Below are positions 33,101 to 48,649 of a DNA stretch of 64,000 nt, piece by piece (the stretch's first letter is position 1; every line of letters starts with the position of its first letter). This DNA is from Marsupella aquatica (Eukaryota > Plantae > Marchantiophyta): positions 13,449,469-13,513,468 of the forward strand of contig OZ316896.1 of assembly GCA_973895155.1 (NCBI GenBank). The letters are read 5' to 3'. The notes under the pieces are model-generated. The model was not told where the DNA came from. It worked only from the letters and a program-made list of their open reading frames with translations, and made no database searches. Position numbers and translations under genes: made by a program.

Positions 33101-36100
33101 TCTTTGTTGTGCAGTAAATGCGGTCAGAATGCTATTTTATATTAAATAAGTCTGGACCTCCACATTGTCTATTAACCCGACGAAGTGGCAAAGCTTGGAT
33201 GGACTTGCTTACTTTGAAATTGACTCAGATAGTATTTTTTTACACTGTAAACTGTCTCCTTACTCGTTGCAGCCTGTGTACATTACATAACCAAACGTGT
33301 CTCCTTGGTAGCTTGATGACTTGATGACCTTGAAACTCACATCAAGAGCTGATTGATGCCACTACTAGGGGATAATTGTAACATGTGAGCAAACACTAAC
33401 AAAAATCATCCCAGGAGTAAAAACCATTTTTGCATGACCCGTATTTTCTACATCCAACTGGCTCGCTATTAACTACCTGGTTGGTAAAATCCCTTTTGGG
33501 GACTCCCTTTTGCTAGCGAGCTCGCTACCCATCTGGAGTCTTTAAAAAAACACAAAATATATAAATTGCACCAAAAAGCAAATGAAATTTGAAACTATTA
33601 GTGCCTCGCTAATAACATTTCCTCACTATCAAAATCTCCTGTTTGTTCACAACATAGAATACCTCAGTACTAGGAACATTGATATTCACTTGACTTACAT
33701 GAAAATTTAGCAAGTGTTAAATAAAATCATGATTTATAATAATTGACTATCTTTGTGTTCATAAAATAGAACAAATGATCTCCAAAAAGTCTCAATATTT
33801 TTCAGGAAATAGACTGGACATCAGAGACAGTGTTGGAAAAATGTCAGCTTAAACAAAAATCTCAAAGTCATTCAAAGAAATTGACACTTCTACCAATTCA
33901 AAGGTAAGGTTTATGATTGTCACGAATAGTTGACAACTTTGACAACCCTGTCAAGTAAGTCGTCAAGATGTCACGCATGTTTTGAAAATGCGCCATGTAC
34001 TTGCAAAGCCTGTGACAACTCAACAATTTTCTTAAGCCACAGGCTCAAATCCATGATATTTTAGGGTCAGTGGTCAACTGCAATATGTGATTAGGTCCTT
34101 TTTCTTTTTGGTGTAAACTTAATGATCACTTTACACAGTCCATGGGAATTGGCCAAGACAGTGCCTCAGATTCCCACTCTACTGAAATTGAAGCTCCTGT
34201 ATCCCCACAATGTGTCACAAGATGCTTACATGGACCCTTGCAACTTACATGGACTTGCTTTGAAATGTAGCTTTTTATTAGGGTGCCTGGTAAACTTCAT
34301 AGTTGTTTTAAACCTCATAAATTTTGTGTAGACATTTTTTCTCACCAGCCTCGACAATGACTCACGGTCATGGAATATGACCAATCTTTATGGCAAAAAG
34401 TTATAGATCATAAATTTGATAGTTCATAAACTTAACTACTAAATTAAGGTCCATCCAATTTTGAGGTTAGGGGCCCCCATATTAGCTCAATCAATACAGT
34501 CATTGCAAAAGTGGCATCCTTGCATAAGTGTTGGTCATTCTGATCAAAATTGGGCCCCCAGGACAATACCACACAAATTCCTGGGCTCAACATGCTTCCA
34601 TGTCATTATTTTTAGTCATAAACAGGTATGCATATGTTTGTGACAATATGCAAACACAATGGTCACTAAAAGTGGGGTGGGAGTGGGAGGGAAAAAAGAA
34701 AAGAAATGCTGCTAATTCACAGAAATGAATTGGTGGATTTATTTATATCCACACGGCATCAATTGAGGGTGGATTGAATCTATCACAAATCAAAGGATTT
34801 TGTAAGAGGCAAACAATAACAAGCACTTTTCTTTTGCTTCCTGTTAACCCGAGTATGAGTGAGACAGTGCAAAATTGAATCATTTCTGCACCCCATACAG
34901 GATGAGAAAACAATGACTTTTAATGTAACAAATGATTATGTGTACATGTTATGTTAACCTCTTCCAGAACCATTGTTAGCCATGAAATATGTTCTATATA
35001 AAATGTTCAGATTCCAAAACAGGGTCACCGAGGGTCCAACACCAGGTCCACAAACTAATTCTTGTTAAGAAAAATTGTCACTGTGGTAAGTGTGGCCTTA
35101 CGGTGCACAGGAGACTGGGAACAAAGGAGAAGTGTTGCTGATACCTCTTGGGCATAGGCAAGGGCAAGGCAGCTAGGGTCAGAATAGGCTGGGTTGGGAC
35201 ATGGGGTCATATAACCCACCCACACACCCCCCACATTAGCACCCTTTTTTTACTCCCAGCCATTTCTTTACTCTTTCTGCCACCTCTTTTTGCATGAGTG
35301 CGATGATATTCAACTTCTGTGAATGTATGTATTGCACACCAACTCAGACATGACTTCTGCTTTAATTTCAAAATAATGAGCTCAACTCTTGGTGATCCAG
35401 GGTTGCTCCTCGCTATCCACACAAATGGAGAGACATGCAAAAACCAGAGCCTGCCTAAGCTCACAAATCATATGTACAATCTCATAAATATAAAGCATCA
35501 TCTCACCTGGGCTGTTCATACAGCAGTCCCCTTGCAAAAAACTTATGTTTGATCTCATGGATAGACTTGACTATCACACTAACATGTGTTTTTCCAACAT
35601 CCCAACTTGATGGAAAGTTGATGCTTGGATAAACCACAACATTTGGTTGTACTCTGAAGAACAAGGACATTTTAACACGTGAAAAGCTATACAAAGCAAA
35701 AGGTAATAGTTCAATGAAAATCTTTCAGAGTTATGATAGGCCATTGGAGCATCTTGACCATTATCTCTAATTACCTGATGGATCTTCCACTAAGCAAAAC
35801 TGATTAGACGCCTTGAATAAGGTGGTCTCTTTTTCAGCTCTTTGAAAAATGAAATTAGTGCTCAAGTCCACGGCATATCATACTCTCACCACATCCCTGA
35901 CCAAAAACTGAGCAAATGTTCTCCTTCCACAGTGATTAGGCCAAGGAAGTTTTTGACACAAAAACTGATCAAACATTCTCTCTCCTGAGTGATTAGTCCT
36001 CTGCTTTCCCTCCCTCAAACTTGTATACTTCACTCCTTTTGATTATGTTTTTTTTTTTTTAATATTTGAGAATAATAGGCAAATTATTCTCTATCACTGT

Positions 36101-39100
36101 ACCTTCAAACATAGTTTCAGATTTCCAGATAGCACTACTACTACTGCCCTAGTGTCAAGGACATGTACCATGCAACTGTGCCATTCAATTGTCAGGATGT
36201 TTTCTAAGCAGCTCAACTACCCAAAAATTATTCTAACCAAAATGCACAATTGTACTAAAGTTCATATTCCTTTGCATTGTAGCATCATTTTATTAAGTCA
36301 CCTTTTTGTCTCTTTCCGGACAGAGTGGCATGGCTCAAAACTGTTGCAAAAAGGACTCGGTGTCTACCATGGTGTTGCGTGCTTGATACCCCAACACTAC
36401 AGTAGACTGCATATGGTCAATCTAGCCACCTTACAGCGCACAATTCCTTCCACTTACAATCATCTATGTGCAAGTCATATACCTCGAGAGTAAAATTTGC
36501 ACTTATTAGGGAATTACGGTTAGGGCAGGGAGGTTTAGCAGGGATGTACAATTTAGGAAGAAAGTCCAGAGTGTCCACTAACACAGGGCCCATAACAGTG
36601 AGTGTGACTCTCTGTGCACTCTTTGGTGGTATTCAAATTCTAAGTGTTTGCAATTTGGATTCTGGTGCAAACCCTCATTCAACCACCAGTGTCCCCCAAC
36701 TTGAGACAAATCCCCCAACCTGTGGCAGGACAAATAGTGCATTTTAAACTATGTTACGAACATTATTGACAAATCACTGTTACCTGAATCCACCAGGTTT
36801 TGGGAGGACAAAAAATGAACTTATTGTGTTTCCTTAAGAATACTATTGTCTAATTTGGGCAACCTAGATCCACCCGGTTTTGTTTCTGGGGGGATTTGCG
36901 CTTTAAGTGCATATCACGAGTGTCCACGAGGTTCTGGTAGGACAGAATAGTGCACATTTTTACTTCTTTCAGGATACTATTGACTAACTTTGGTAACCTG
37001 GATCCACCAGGTTTTACTTAGGGGAGAGTCAGTGTAGATTTAAGTGCACACCAGAGGCTTCTTGGGAGAGTGTGCCCTTAGAGAGAGGTCTCTGTAATTG
37101 TCCCATATTACTTATAAAGTGCAAACAGAAGCTAGAGTTGTGATCTAAACTTCTAGAGTGAAACCTCTAGAGGAAAAAACTAGGACAAAACTGAGATAAT
37201 AAGCCAAAGATGAAGGGAAACAACATAGGTTTTATTGCAAGTTTTTCTTTGTCTTATCTCTACTAACCTTCAAATAATGGGCATTTCAGGCTCATGAGGG
37301 TAAAGGGGTTTAGAGGCTTCTTGGGAGAGTGTGCACTTAGAGAGAGGTCAGTGTAACTGTGGCCATGAGGGTAGATGGAACACTCTACTGGCATGTCAAC
37401 GGGACTACAGTGTAATGAGATCGTCCTCGAATCCTCGATGCTTTCAAGCACTTAGCTCTAGGAAGCTTTAATGAAGAGAATGATCCCTCTCTCGTCCAGC
37501 CCTGACAGATTTTTATTGAGCGGACAACCCAATACTGCTTGGCTGCTTATTCTAATGCCTGCTTGCCCTCCATGCAAGAAAATGAAAGTGGGGAGGACTG
37601 GATCCAGTCGAGTCATGGACTGAAGTACTGGATGTCTGGATGAACCATCGAGCTCGCAAATCTACCCGTTCACGAAAATGCAAAGCGTCATAATGACGGA
37701 GCCCGTCAGTGAAGTGACTCTCGATCGGCTAGTGCTACGCAATGCACTCCCCCATGCCCACGTGCCTGGCTCTCAAACTCCTGGTGGAAGTTCGAGCCGA
37801 CGGGGGTCTTGAAGCTGCAATCATCAGGATGGTGCAGCAGAAATGACGGTCCTTCTACTATTGCTGGAATGCCATGCTGTAGTAGTAGACTAGACTGACG
37901 ACCGGGGGAAGTGGGGAACTGGCATGGCCGAAGTGGCGCCGATTGGGACCGTTGTGCGCAGCAGCGTGCGCTGCCCACAACCAGGAATGATCGATCCCTG
38001 GAATGAAAAAGTAATAAATAAGTAGGAACGATACTGCACTCGGGAGTAATGACTCCCAACATTGGGCAGCAACATTGACAATTATAACGACTACAATTGC
38101 AACTTGACAGAAACCACTTCGCCATAGCCACAAACATGACCATAATGAGGAACGACACTTCGGAGAGGAATTTAATGTACGTGCTTTTGCAGTTTGAGGG
38201 TTTTTGTGGGGAAGCGGAACTGCGGAACGGAAAGGGAAAGCTCGCATTTTCTGTGAGAAGAGAACTGATAAAAAGTTTGGATAAGATAGAATCTTACATT
38301 AAGCTGCTTTAATGGTGCAGGGTGGTGTGATCCTGGCTGAAACTTCGGCCTCTGGTTCACGTGACAGTGGTGGAGCGGAGCGGCGGACATGCTGTAGTCG
38401 AGGCGAAGAACAGGAGAGATGGCGCGAAGTTGCATCTCGATCATGCGATGACAGAACCAAGCTTGCCACGCAAGACTCGCTTCGATCAAGACTTCCACAG
38501 CAGATTGATTGCAACTATGGATTGGAAAGGCAGCTACTGCACTAACGTCAGTGAGTTCTTCACTTCGTCGTTCTGACCGAGTCATCCACAGTCCAATTAA
38601 GCAGCATCGTAATGGAATTAACAAAAAATCAATAATTCTAGATGCAGCAGCGCCTCCTGAAAGAGCGTGGGGTTCACTTTTGGGATCTGGGATCGTCCTC
38701 GTGCAGTAGTCATCGACTAGCAATGACCAATTCTACCAAATGATGCGCTTGCTTTGTGCAGTCAAACTTCCTTTGGATCTATCAAACATTTCTGCTGATG
38801 ACGAAAAATTGGGTCCAATTTTAGGCTGCCCTAATTTTTCTCGACTTGTTTCATGTGTTATTGGCTTTTAGGCAAAGCCCAAGAATGTCTGTCATTCCCG
38901 TGAGCACTACACTCAAGCTTCGGTCAAATTCTCTGACTGCAGGAGAGGTTTTATCAATCAATTTCCATCACAGGTTGAGAATCTCAGAAAGTCGATTGAT
39001 GGCCGTGCTCGACTGCAGTGGAAGTGAATTGATTGCAGGCTAATCACAGTCAAGGCAACTTTCTGGCTTTTTCAACGAGGTTCCAACGGTACTTAATGCA

Positions 39101-39836
39101 GACGCCCCAGTTTCCCCTACGCATGCTCTTTTTAGTAACTTTATGGACGTTCAGAAACACTGACGACGAGATTGTGCTGTCGAGAGCGCAGGAAGGAACA
39201 CAAAGCAAACTCTGACTGAATGTACATTTAAGTCTATTGAGAGGACATCGTTGTGAATTCCATGGTGTTCAATTCCATGGACAACGCCTTCTTTCTTTCC
39301 ATTGTCTTCAATTGTAGGAAAGTGTATAATCATAAAAGACTAGCTTGTACTTCTAACAAAGTAGAAGCGAAACAAATCACAAAATTTGGAAATCTAACCA
39401 TTTCCATCCACCAGCCTACCGCCATAGTACGTCACAGTAAGGTCCACAAGTGTATTTAGAGTAACAATTTGCGAGGATCCACCTGATTTCCGCTTTCATA
39501 ATCTACCCAGTTCGGTTTGGACAAGTAGGAGGATACACGAGGGTCGACAAGATAATTATCTTAATCGCCGTGATTTGATTTGTTTAGGCCCCGGATTAGG
39601 CTCTGCTTTTTAAACTGTCCTTGCCCTTCTCGTCAAAACTTTCCATGAGCGACTCACTCTTGTCATCTTGTCTTCGTGGGCTGCCCTCTTAACAAACTAT
39701 AACTGTAGTGGTGATTGTTTGGACTACGAGCGTCAGCATTGCGAGTCGACAGATGTTGAGCTTCAATGCATGAAGAGGGATTTGCTCTCATTTTCGGGTT
39801 CATGTTTGGGCAGCATAGCAGGCGGGTTGGACTACC

Positions 39837-41379
39837 ATGGAGCCTGACGTGCACATGGACGAGAGGGGCCAATACTACGTCTTGATGCCTGGGCTTCCCG
39901 ATGATCTCGCCCTGCAATGTCTTGCCCGAATTCCCCGAGCACACTTTGCTGCTTGTACGCGAGTTTCGAGATCATGGAGAAGATTATTCATGGACAAGTA
40001 TACGGAGGTGGTCGAGATGAGAAGAAGTTTTGGGATTTTTGAGGATTGGCCTTTTGTTCTACTCCAGGGTCCTCGAGATTTCGGCAGGGTCTGGATGGCT
40101 CTTGATCCGGTGACCCTCGTATGGATCACACTCCCTCCCTTCGCAGCTGAAGAATCCTTTCACTCGGCCGACAAAGAGTGTTTCGTGGCTGGTCGCAATC
40201 TGTTGGTCGTTGGGATCACTTCAAAAATCGAAGTGAGTGAGGCTCCCATCTTGTTCATCACAGATCGGATTTTGTGTCTGTTTTGATCACTTGGTGAACT
40301 CTTTGGATTTCCATCTTTGGACCAATAGATTACGGTGTACGTTACCTTGCTAGATTTAAGAATACGTCTGTGGGATTCTCGATAGGAGAGGATTTGAAAT
40401 GTTTAACGGAGAACTCTAGTTTTCGGCACTAAGCACCAATCGGATGCTCGTCATAACTGCAGCCTCCTCGCTATCTAGTGGAAACGGAGCAAATTATTTG
40501 GTACTATGATGCGGACACGAACCTATGGAGCCTCGCACCGACTATGAGGGTGCGGCGATGTCTCTTTGCTTCAGCAAGCACGGGAATTTTCGGATATGTC
40601 GCTGGCGGGACGATAATATCGGAAGGGCGAGTATCCAACGTTGCAGAAAGGTATGCCTCGGTCGCCTGGATTTATGAAGTGTTGCACTGGGCAAAGCAGT
40701 ACACCTGTGTTGAAGTGTCGAGTGTAGACAACAAAATGAATTGTTGGTAATCACTTCTTACCGAACAATACCGCCTTCAAATCTTCAGAGCCTTCCATTC
40801 ACTAACTGAACTGTGGCTCACAGATTCAATTCGCATACCAAGTCCTGGGAAGATCTCCCAGCCATGAATTATGAGCGAAAATATTGCTCGGGATTTGTCA
40901 TGGACAATCGCTTCTATGTCATCGGAGGGATGAATACCAACGGCGAACAGCACAGCCACGGGGAGTATTTCGATCCTGTGACAAACGTTTGGACCACGGT
41001 GGAGAATTTCTGGCCCGTTGTCCCTCGTGCATCATTAGGAGGAGGAGCCCCTCCCTTGGTGGCCGTCCTCAAAGATGAACTCTACGCCTTGGACGCTGAC
41101 ACAACGGAGTTGAAGCACTACGACAAGGTGACAGGCGTGTGGACAGCCTTGACAGCAGTTCCTGGAAGAGCGCACCATGAGAGCGGCTGGGGTCTAGCGT
41201 TCAAAGCGTTAGAGGGTGAGCTTTGGGTGATCGGTGGTCGCTCGCCAGCAGGCCAAGACGTCGGCAACATTCTAGCTTTCAAGCCGGATCCTGTCAATGG
41301 TCGGCATATCTGGAGAAGAGTGACGAACACGTTAAACGGAGGTAGCTTCTGCCTGAATTGCGCTGTGATGAAGATTTGA
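39837..41379 (+). CDS. F-box/kelch-repeat protein (SKIP11-like), 3 exons, 379 aa
   Basis: Exons 39837-40232, 40463-40650 and 40824-41379 with GT-AG introns, in frame (1140 nt); F-box LMPGLPDDLALQCLARIP; kelch RCLFASAS/YVAGG, FYVIGG, GWGLAFKA and C-terminal NCAVM. Confidence 0.92.
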
Positions 41380-44300
41380 TTTTAGGGTTCGACTCTCAAC
41401 TGTCAATTGAACGCCATCAGCTGCGTTCGTTGCCTGGCACCCAACGAGCGTTTTCTCGGGGGGAGCCGGAGGGAAAACGGAAGGGCTAGTTTGTGACCAT
41501 TGTACAGATCTAGAGCACCTAGCCACGATGGCTTGGCTGCCGCTCCATTATTCTTGTATAGTCTGAACATTCATTCTATTAATTTTTGCCAAGATAAGTT
41601 AGTCTTGACGTCGTGTGTTGCTCGCCGGCCTCTTCCCTAAACTGCTTCAAAGCTTTTATGGTTTTTGAGAGCTGGAAGTACACTGAGCTGTATCAATCGG
41701 GTTGGCTTGCACGGCTACCGTGAAGAAAACTCACCAGTGGATGGAGAGCGAGTTCATTGCCAGCTGAAAGCCACCCAACTCTTGCGAAATATTGGAAATA
41801 CGTAGAAGTTGGGAGAGGTGCACTTATTATCCTCGGCATTATCTTGTGGGGACAAGAGCACAACAGGCGAGGTGCAGGAAGGACTACCTCAACAGCAGCA
41901 TAAACGTGGGAGGGATTTGCTCTGAAGAAAGTGGTCGGAAGGGGATTAGTGCAAAGACGCGAATCACTGCACGGAGGGACAGACCTCTTTATCTATCGCA
42001 GAGCATTCAGTCCCAGTCAGGCCTTGAGATGAATGTGAGGCCCTAATGATGATCGTGGAGGAGAGATGTAGCAGAGAGTTTCCGCAGATTATACCTGATC
42101 AGAAATGTCGACGTAGCTCTTCGTGTTGGAACGCAAGTACGTGTCTACGATGCTATGCCATCATTACAAGAGAGGGAGAGAGTGAAGAGGAGGCGAAGCG
42201 TGGAATTCAACGGCGGCATAGCGCCATTCGACGACTGTCCGTCATTCTCCTGGCAATGAGAAACAAAATTCCCTTGTTTGTCTTCGTAATTAAAGAGTGC
42301 TTTTCGCGACACCTTTCTGAAAGCGTTCCGGCAGTTGCCTGGCAAATGTTTATTGTCCTGGGTCGGCATGCAGTGGTTGTGCACTTCTAGAGAGTTCTCT
42401 ATGCAAGTGCTTTCAGGATACTGCTAAACGCTTTCATTCCTGGACTCATCGTGTTTAGAACGAGAAATTATTTCGACGTCTTCTTGTGTTTTTCATTGGT
42501 ACAATGTTGAATTTACCGAGTTTCTGGTAAATGAAAGAAGAAAACAAATAGAAGGTATTCGAGCTGAACAGTCTCTCCATGAATTCATCTGCAATCACAT
42601 GCCTTCAATCCTGGAGTCAAATGGCGGTCCTGTCTGTAAACAAGGACAGGCATGATGTATGCTGGTCTATTTTCTGTAATGCAAAAACGAAAAAATCGAC
42701 TCGTTGTTCATCAAAGGCGATCAAGGTTTTCCTTTGCACACACATCGCAACCAGTACACTCGGGTCACAAACCGCCATTCTGTTGGAGCGTTTCTCCAGC
42801 GTGTGGAGATCAGCATTGCTAATGATATTTTGCACACTTGTCCCTGGTCGTTTGGAAGGTGCCGGGGAACGAAAGACATTCATCGGGCTGCAGCAAACTG
42901 GCATTATTAATTTCTTTCTCCGGAATGTACGTACCATGGCAAACTTACTGTCCTCCGGCCTGTCGTCACCTAACCATCGCACAGCCGCGGAAATCCCACA
43001 ACGTACTTTTGCCTGCAAACGTTCCATTCAACGAGACAACTACAGTACAGTAGCTGAATTCATCGAAGTATAAAGGTTTTGAGTTATACAGTAGCTTCAG
43101 CTAAAGTTACTGTTGACACGACGAATTTCGCCAGATTGCAAATGATTTGAAGGTACGTAGGTACCAACCTTGCAGCAAGTCGTACCGTATAGCACTCCAG
43201 CTCGAGACTTTCTAGACAACGCAATAACATACAGTAACTTTTCAAGCCGATATTTCATATACGCTCGCAGGTTGTTAGACACTCAATGTGTGTATTATTG
43301 TATGCGCATGGCGGGCACCAGCGGGGAAGGAACGATATAGACTGACAGGCCGGCCATGAGATGAGCTAGGCGATTCTGTGCAGAAGTGAATCTCCGTATG
43401 ACCGACCACAGGACCCGGTGATTATTTTGGACTTTCGCTTTACCTTGTGCGAAGAGATGCGAGCAGAGGGAAATACCTGGAAAGCGGAGAACATTGAAAG
43501 CTGGGCCGCTCTGGAAAGCTTCACAGAAAGTTCTGTGCTTGCCAGGTTTGTACCGACAAGAACTAATAAAGGTGTACATATCATAGGGTTGAGGCTCGAA
43601 AGGACGATGTCGCAGTCTCGAAGAACACGGGGTAAAAGTGCGAAGCGCATTGATCCATAGTAATGCAGTTACACTCACTTTCGGGGTGAGATTTTTTCCG
43701 TCGATCCTGTCCCCAGTAAATGCTCTGGCATAGAAAGATTCGGGCAAATCGGGGCAGAGGGGGGGGGGTGTTCAGGCAGGGCCCCATCTCTCATCATCAG
43801 CCAGAATCGGTCCGGTGAGCTCTATCCAATACACGTTAGCAGAAAGGGATGATAATAAATCTAAATGAATCCACGAAAAGATTTAAAGTTGCCTTCATGA
43901 GGAATCGGAGATCATTGTTACACCTGTGTTTCTTTTTGTCTTCAAAAGCTTGTAGATTTTTCCACAAATAAAAATTGCACACACAATCTTACAGAAAAGG
44001 ATGGCTGCAGTTGTGTTTTTAATCTCTGCTGTAATTCCGATGGGGCCCTTTGTGTTTCCATCGTTCTACTTTTGATCGCTGCTGTAATTCTGAGGGAGGC
44101 CTTGGCTTCCAGAGTGTCGTGATAAAGAAACGGTCCCAATCATCTATCATCAATCAGGGCCACGCCTTTTCATCTGGCCTCAGACTCTCTCTCTACAATC
44201 AAACAATCAAGAATTCCAGGTGGATCTTTCAGCGACAGGAGTAACTTCAGGAATATGAAATACTCTGGCAGGAAGGAAAGTTCAACGATCGACAGTGAAG

Positions 44301-45611
44301 GCACACCGTTATTATTATTATTCGTCCATTCTCTCCTCCTCCTTCTGAATCCCTGACTCACTACTGACTGACTCATCACTGACCGACCTTCACAGGCTTC
44401 TCAGTCAAGCGTGGGTCCCATTCGTCCTTTGCGATATTTTCGCAACCCAGGTCGCAGAAATAGAATCCAGAGGGCCCCCACCGGAGCAATGTGGAAAAAA
44501 GAAAGGAAGAAAACATGATGAGATCAGTCTCCTCAGACTCATCTTATCCTTTACTGTAGCCTGATGAACGAGGGGTTGTTGTGCAATGCAATCAGTCTGA
44601 GAAGGAAAGGGAAGCGACACTGTGACGGTAAACAGTAGTAGAGCTGTAGAGCTCCGGCAATGGCCCACTCCACCCGTCCACCGGCTCCGGCAGCAGTATC
44701 ACTGTAGTGTGACTTTGGTGCAGACTCGATCTCGATGGCAGCACGCAATACAGCGGCAACGAATTCGACAGAATGATCCTCTTTCCAAAACAATCTCATC
44801 ACTCCTGTGTCAAAATGTCGAGGCGAGGCAGGCATGTGGGAATGTGCCATCGAGCTCAGCTCTCGCTCACATTCTCGGACATTCGATGCAACACATTCTT
44901 CACCACAGCGGCCGATCATATTAATGTCGTTGGCGAAAGCGAATGAAAGCTGTTTACATTTCAAGGCAACAAACAACACAGTAGTGCGTTTCCTTTCGGA
45001 ATACGTTTCCAGGAGAATGGGGAAAAACGTTTAATCGCCTGTCTGTCTGATCATGATTATGATCATTCTGCCCAGTTAATTTTGTGACCTACATGATTGC
45101 TTTTTCGTTGGTACCCAATAGTCAGAAGTGTACATTGTACAATGCAGGTGATTGAATTACGTGCACACACGAGGGAACTGCGTGTCCACCGGCCACACTA
45201 TTCTAATCACATATATATGAGAGAGAGTAGAGTCATGGAGAGGAGGTCATTAACTTAATCATCATCTTCTCATCGTGGTTATGCTGTCAAAGCTAAGGTT
45301 GACTTTGTCTCATTCCATTGTGAGGACTTGAGGTCATTTACAAACAAGGTGTTGAGTCACAACAGTGTCATTACAATAAAATAAAGGCTGCTTAAATGTT
45401 CTCACTAGTCACATGATAAAAAAGTGGAAGCTCTGTAGAACCAAGGGGCCTCATCAACTATGAGTGCCAAGTTTGGGTTCCACTAAGGCACAACAAAGTG
45501 GCTTACAAACTTTGCTGCATGCTGCAAATTTCTGAAATCCTCCCTGTTTCAGTGCACCCTGCAATAATGCCAATAGAACAAGTGCACATAGAGGATGATA
45601 AAACTGAACCA

Positions 45612-45776
45612 TCAGATCTGAAGATTGACTGAATATTGATTCATTTACTCTCACATGTGAATTTTGAAGAATAAGTTGCCTTTTGATAAAACTGGACTGT
45701 CAGATCTGAAGATTGACCCAATATTGATTCTTCTTACTGTCAAATGTGAATTTTAAAGAATAAGTTGCCATTTGAT
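45612..45776. repeat. Tandem duplication, period about 88 bp
   Basis: TCAGATCTGAAGATTGAC...ATGTGAATTTT.AAGAATAAGTTGCC twice. Confidence 0.85.
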
Positions 45777-48479
45777 TTGTAGGAAAAAATGCTTTCTATT
45801 GCTCAACAGTTTGTTTGTTTTTGCAGGACTTTTCACCCATTCAAAAGTTTTAGCTCCATTAAGATTACTTTTCTTGCAATGGCGGTCTTGTTAGGACATG
45901 TATTGTAACCAGGACAACATGGATTTAGAATGAAAAACTCCAATTTCACAGAAAGGCCATTTGGGATCCAATCTATGCTTAAAAGTTTGGATGGAGAACC
46001 TATCCAGGTATGACTCAAAGGGAGGACCAATTTAGGAAGGGTGGCGTCACAAGAGGTAGGGGGCACTTGTGACTATCTCACCTCAGCAAACTGGAGGGCC
46101 ATTTCTTCTTCTAAATATACACTCCAGACCAAAATTCTCTTGAAATGAATCCATTCGATCAAGGGGCCAGACTTTGGGCCACTTCTCCAGTTGGTCTAAA
46201 GTTTTTAACAAAATAAGTACAAAACATCAGCATTTCCTTTGGCCTAGTGCTTGCCATGCCACTTCCTAGACACCATGCCTGAAAGGGCCCCCAAGTCTGT
46301 GTGACGCCAACTGAAGCCTTTTCCACACTTTCTATGGGTCAAAATTACTCTCAAAAGGAATGGAAAGAATAAATTTGTCCCCCCAAGTCTAGTAAAGCCA
46401 CGTTGTCTTGCAAATGACCAAGCAAACACGAATGGGAATTGAGTCTAGAGACTGCAGAAACCTCTAGAGTCCTACCCTCAATGGATCTCACTGCTATCGT
46501 TGCTTTATCGTCTGTAAAATTAGCAATGATGGATTCCAAGGCAAAAAGGAGGTTTATTGTAGAGTTTAGAAAAACATACCCATTTAGCTTAATACCTGCG
46601 GTCCCACCAAGCATATTTCTATACATGAAGTCTAAGGGCGTTTACAAGACGTCGGCTCCATTCCTTCTAATTCCCTCTGAGATTAAATCTGGACTCTATA
46701 ATGAATGGAAATGGTTGCTATTGGCTTTACAAGAACTGGGGTCCCATTCACATATGGTGTCTACCAATCATATACATGGCAAGTTTGTAGTGGGCCCCAG
46801 AATTTGCTGATGTGGAGCTAGTTTTAGACTACCTCCATAGGTGCTCAAAAAATTTCCAAACTTTGGCTCCTTCATTTGAGGGATTTGCATTCATTGAACT
46901 TCATTTCCAAACTATTTCGGGTCTGAAGTTTATCTTTACAACAAGACTTTACATGGACTTCCGGGCACATTGCAAGACACACTACCTGCCTAGTCACCTG
47001 CTAGTGGGCCCATTTTAGGGCTCCCTTTTTCCTGATGTGGCCATGCTTTGTTTTTCAAGAACTTAGATTACCTCTTCAGGTGGTCTATAGAACGGACTTT
47101 TTGTCCACTTTATATATAATTTTCAGTCTGCCAGAGAACAAAAAAACTCCAAAATGGGAGCCAGGATGAGAAATTTGTGTAGGGGAGGCAAAAGGGAAAA
47201 CCCCAGGAAGACCAAAGAGCCAAAAAGCAAATGAGTCCACCACTAAAGCAAAGCAAATAAAGCCTAGTAAGCAGTAAATTGATAAGTATGGTGAACCTCT
47301 AGAGTAAACCACAAAGGAGGGCCAGGACGAGAAATTTGTGTAGAGGCCTCACAACCAATGGAGTTGGCCCTCAATAGAATAGTGTATGTCTGAGCCCGCC
47401 CTACACACTAGAGACACATCCTCTGTCTCTAAAGAAGGTAGTGACGACAGAGACCTGTTTTATTCTAGTCTATTTCTATTCAGGATCTTGTATTTATTTT
47501 CCCTCAACCTGACACATTCTGGCTCAGACATTTTAACTTTAGTGTAATGGACCTCACTTTTGCAATGGCTGAACAGTGACAAATTGTACCCCCAATTCTT
47601 GTAAGGCCCCCCTCATAAGAAACCTCTTTGGAAAGCAAGAATCCTTGCCCAGAGGCCACACTGCCAAAGCCATCTGTAATCAATTGACAGCATTACTGTA
47701 CATTTATGTTTTTAATGCAACTTTGACCGAAAAATCGCTGAATAAAAGTCCAAGCGAAACCTTGACCGTAGCAGTTGGACTCTGAGCAGCCATCCTGAGA
47801 ACTAGAAGCTTTAATAAAATTAATAGTGAAGGCTATAGATAGGGGTGAACAATGCCCATTTCCTACAGTGCATCATTGTGAATCATCATGAACATTAGAA
47901 TCACTCCAGACTCAATCAACATTTGTAAGTGTGCACCAGAGTCGTTTTGTGCCACTTTTCGGGAATGTGTCAAAAATTTCGGGGATTATTAGTTTCTGAT
48001 TTGCCACATGAACTGCACTGCTAAAAGTAGAAAGATTTGCAAATCTACTTTTCCCGGCCACCTCATTCCTCTGGGGAATCCCCCAAGTCCTTCATATCCC
48101 CTCCGGCCCTCCATCAGGGTGCAATGATAACCCTACCTCTCATCACGTTGTAGGGATGAATAAATAAACAATAAGAAGCTATCAGTAATAATAAGCAGGG
48201 CGTATAATAACAGTATAATAACAGTGGACCAAGATTGACCAACGGTGACATGTATTATACGTATTATGCTGTGAGATTACGGATGGGGTCAACATTCTTT
48301 CGTTTTTTACCAGAATTGGTGACCAATTTCTAAGTTATAAGCTGGATGGATGAGTTCCATCCAAAACCTTTGAACTTGGGATGGGAATCCAATATCCTCT
48401 TTATATAAAAGTTAAGCAGTTTTACTCTAAGTCCATGTCAAAATACGGGTTTCCGCAGATCCCATCTTAGCTTGAACAT

Positions 48480-48649
48480 TAGGGCGTCTCAAACTTTGCG
48501 TTGCTGCTTCCAGTCGTGGTCAGAGATGAAATCCCGGGAAAAAAGTGGCGGACACGAAAATCCGTGTCCGCACACTGCTGAACCGTGACCGAAACTACTA
48601 GTTTCGGGCCTCACTTTTTTCCCGCGACTCGAAGGATTGAGACGCCCTA
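48480..48649. mobile_element. MITE-like element (170 bp) with 13-bp TIRs
   Basis: TAGGGCGTCTCAA / TTGAGACGCCCTA plus internal inverted CGGGAAAAAAGTG / CACTTTTTTCCCG; no clear TSD. Confidence 0.7.

Noticed and set aside
37763-37772. TGCCTGGCTC match to the miR160 5' half
   Set aside because: Only 10 nt match; the remainder differs
42579-44979. Several 130-165 aa ORFs
   Set aside because: Overlapping on both strands, no recognisable domains and no consistent exon chain
45833-46810. Possible LINE reverse-transcriptase fragments (FTDD, EWKWLLLALQELG)
   Set aside because: The motif-like pieces are on opposite strands and not colinear
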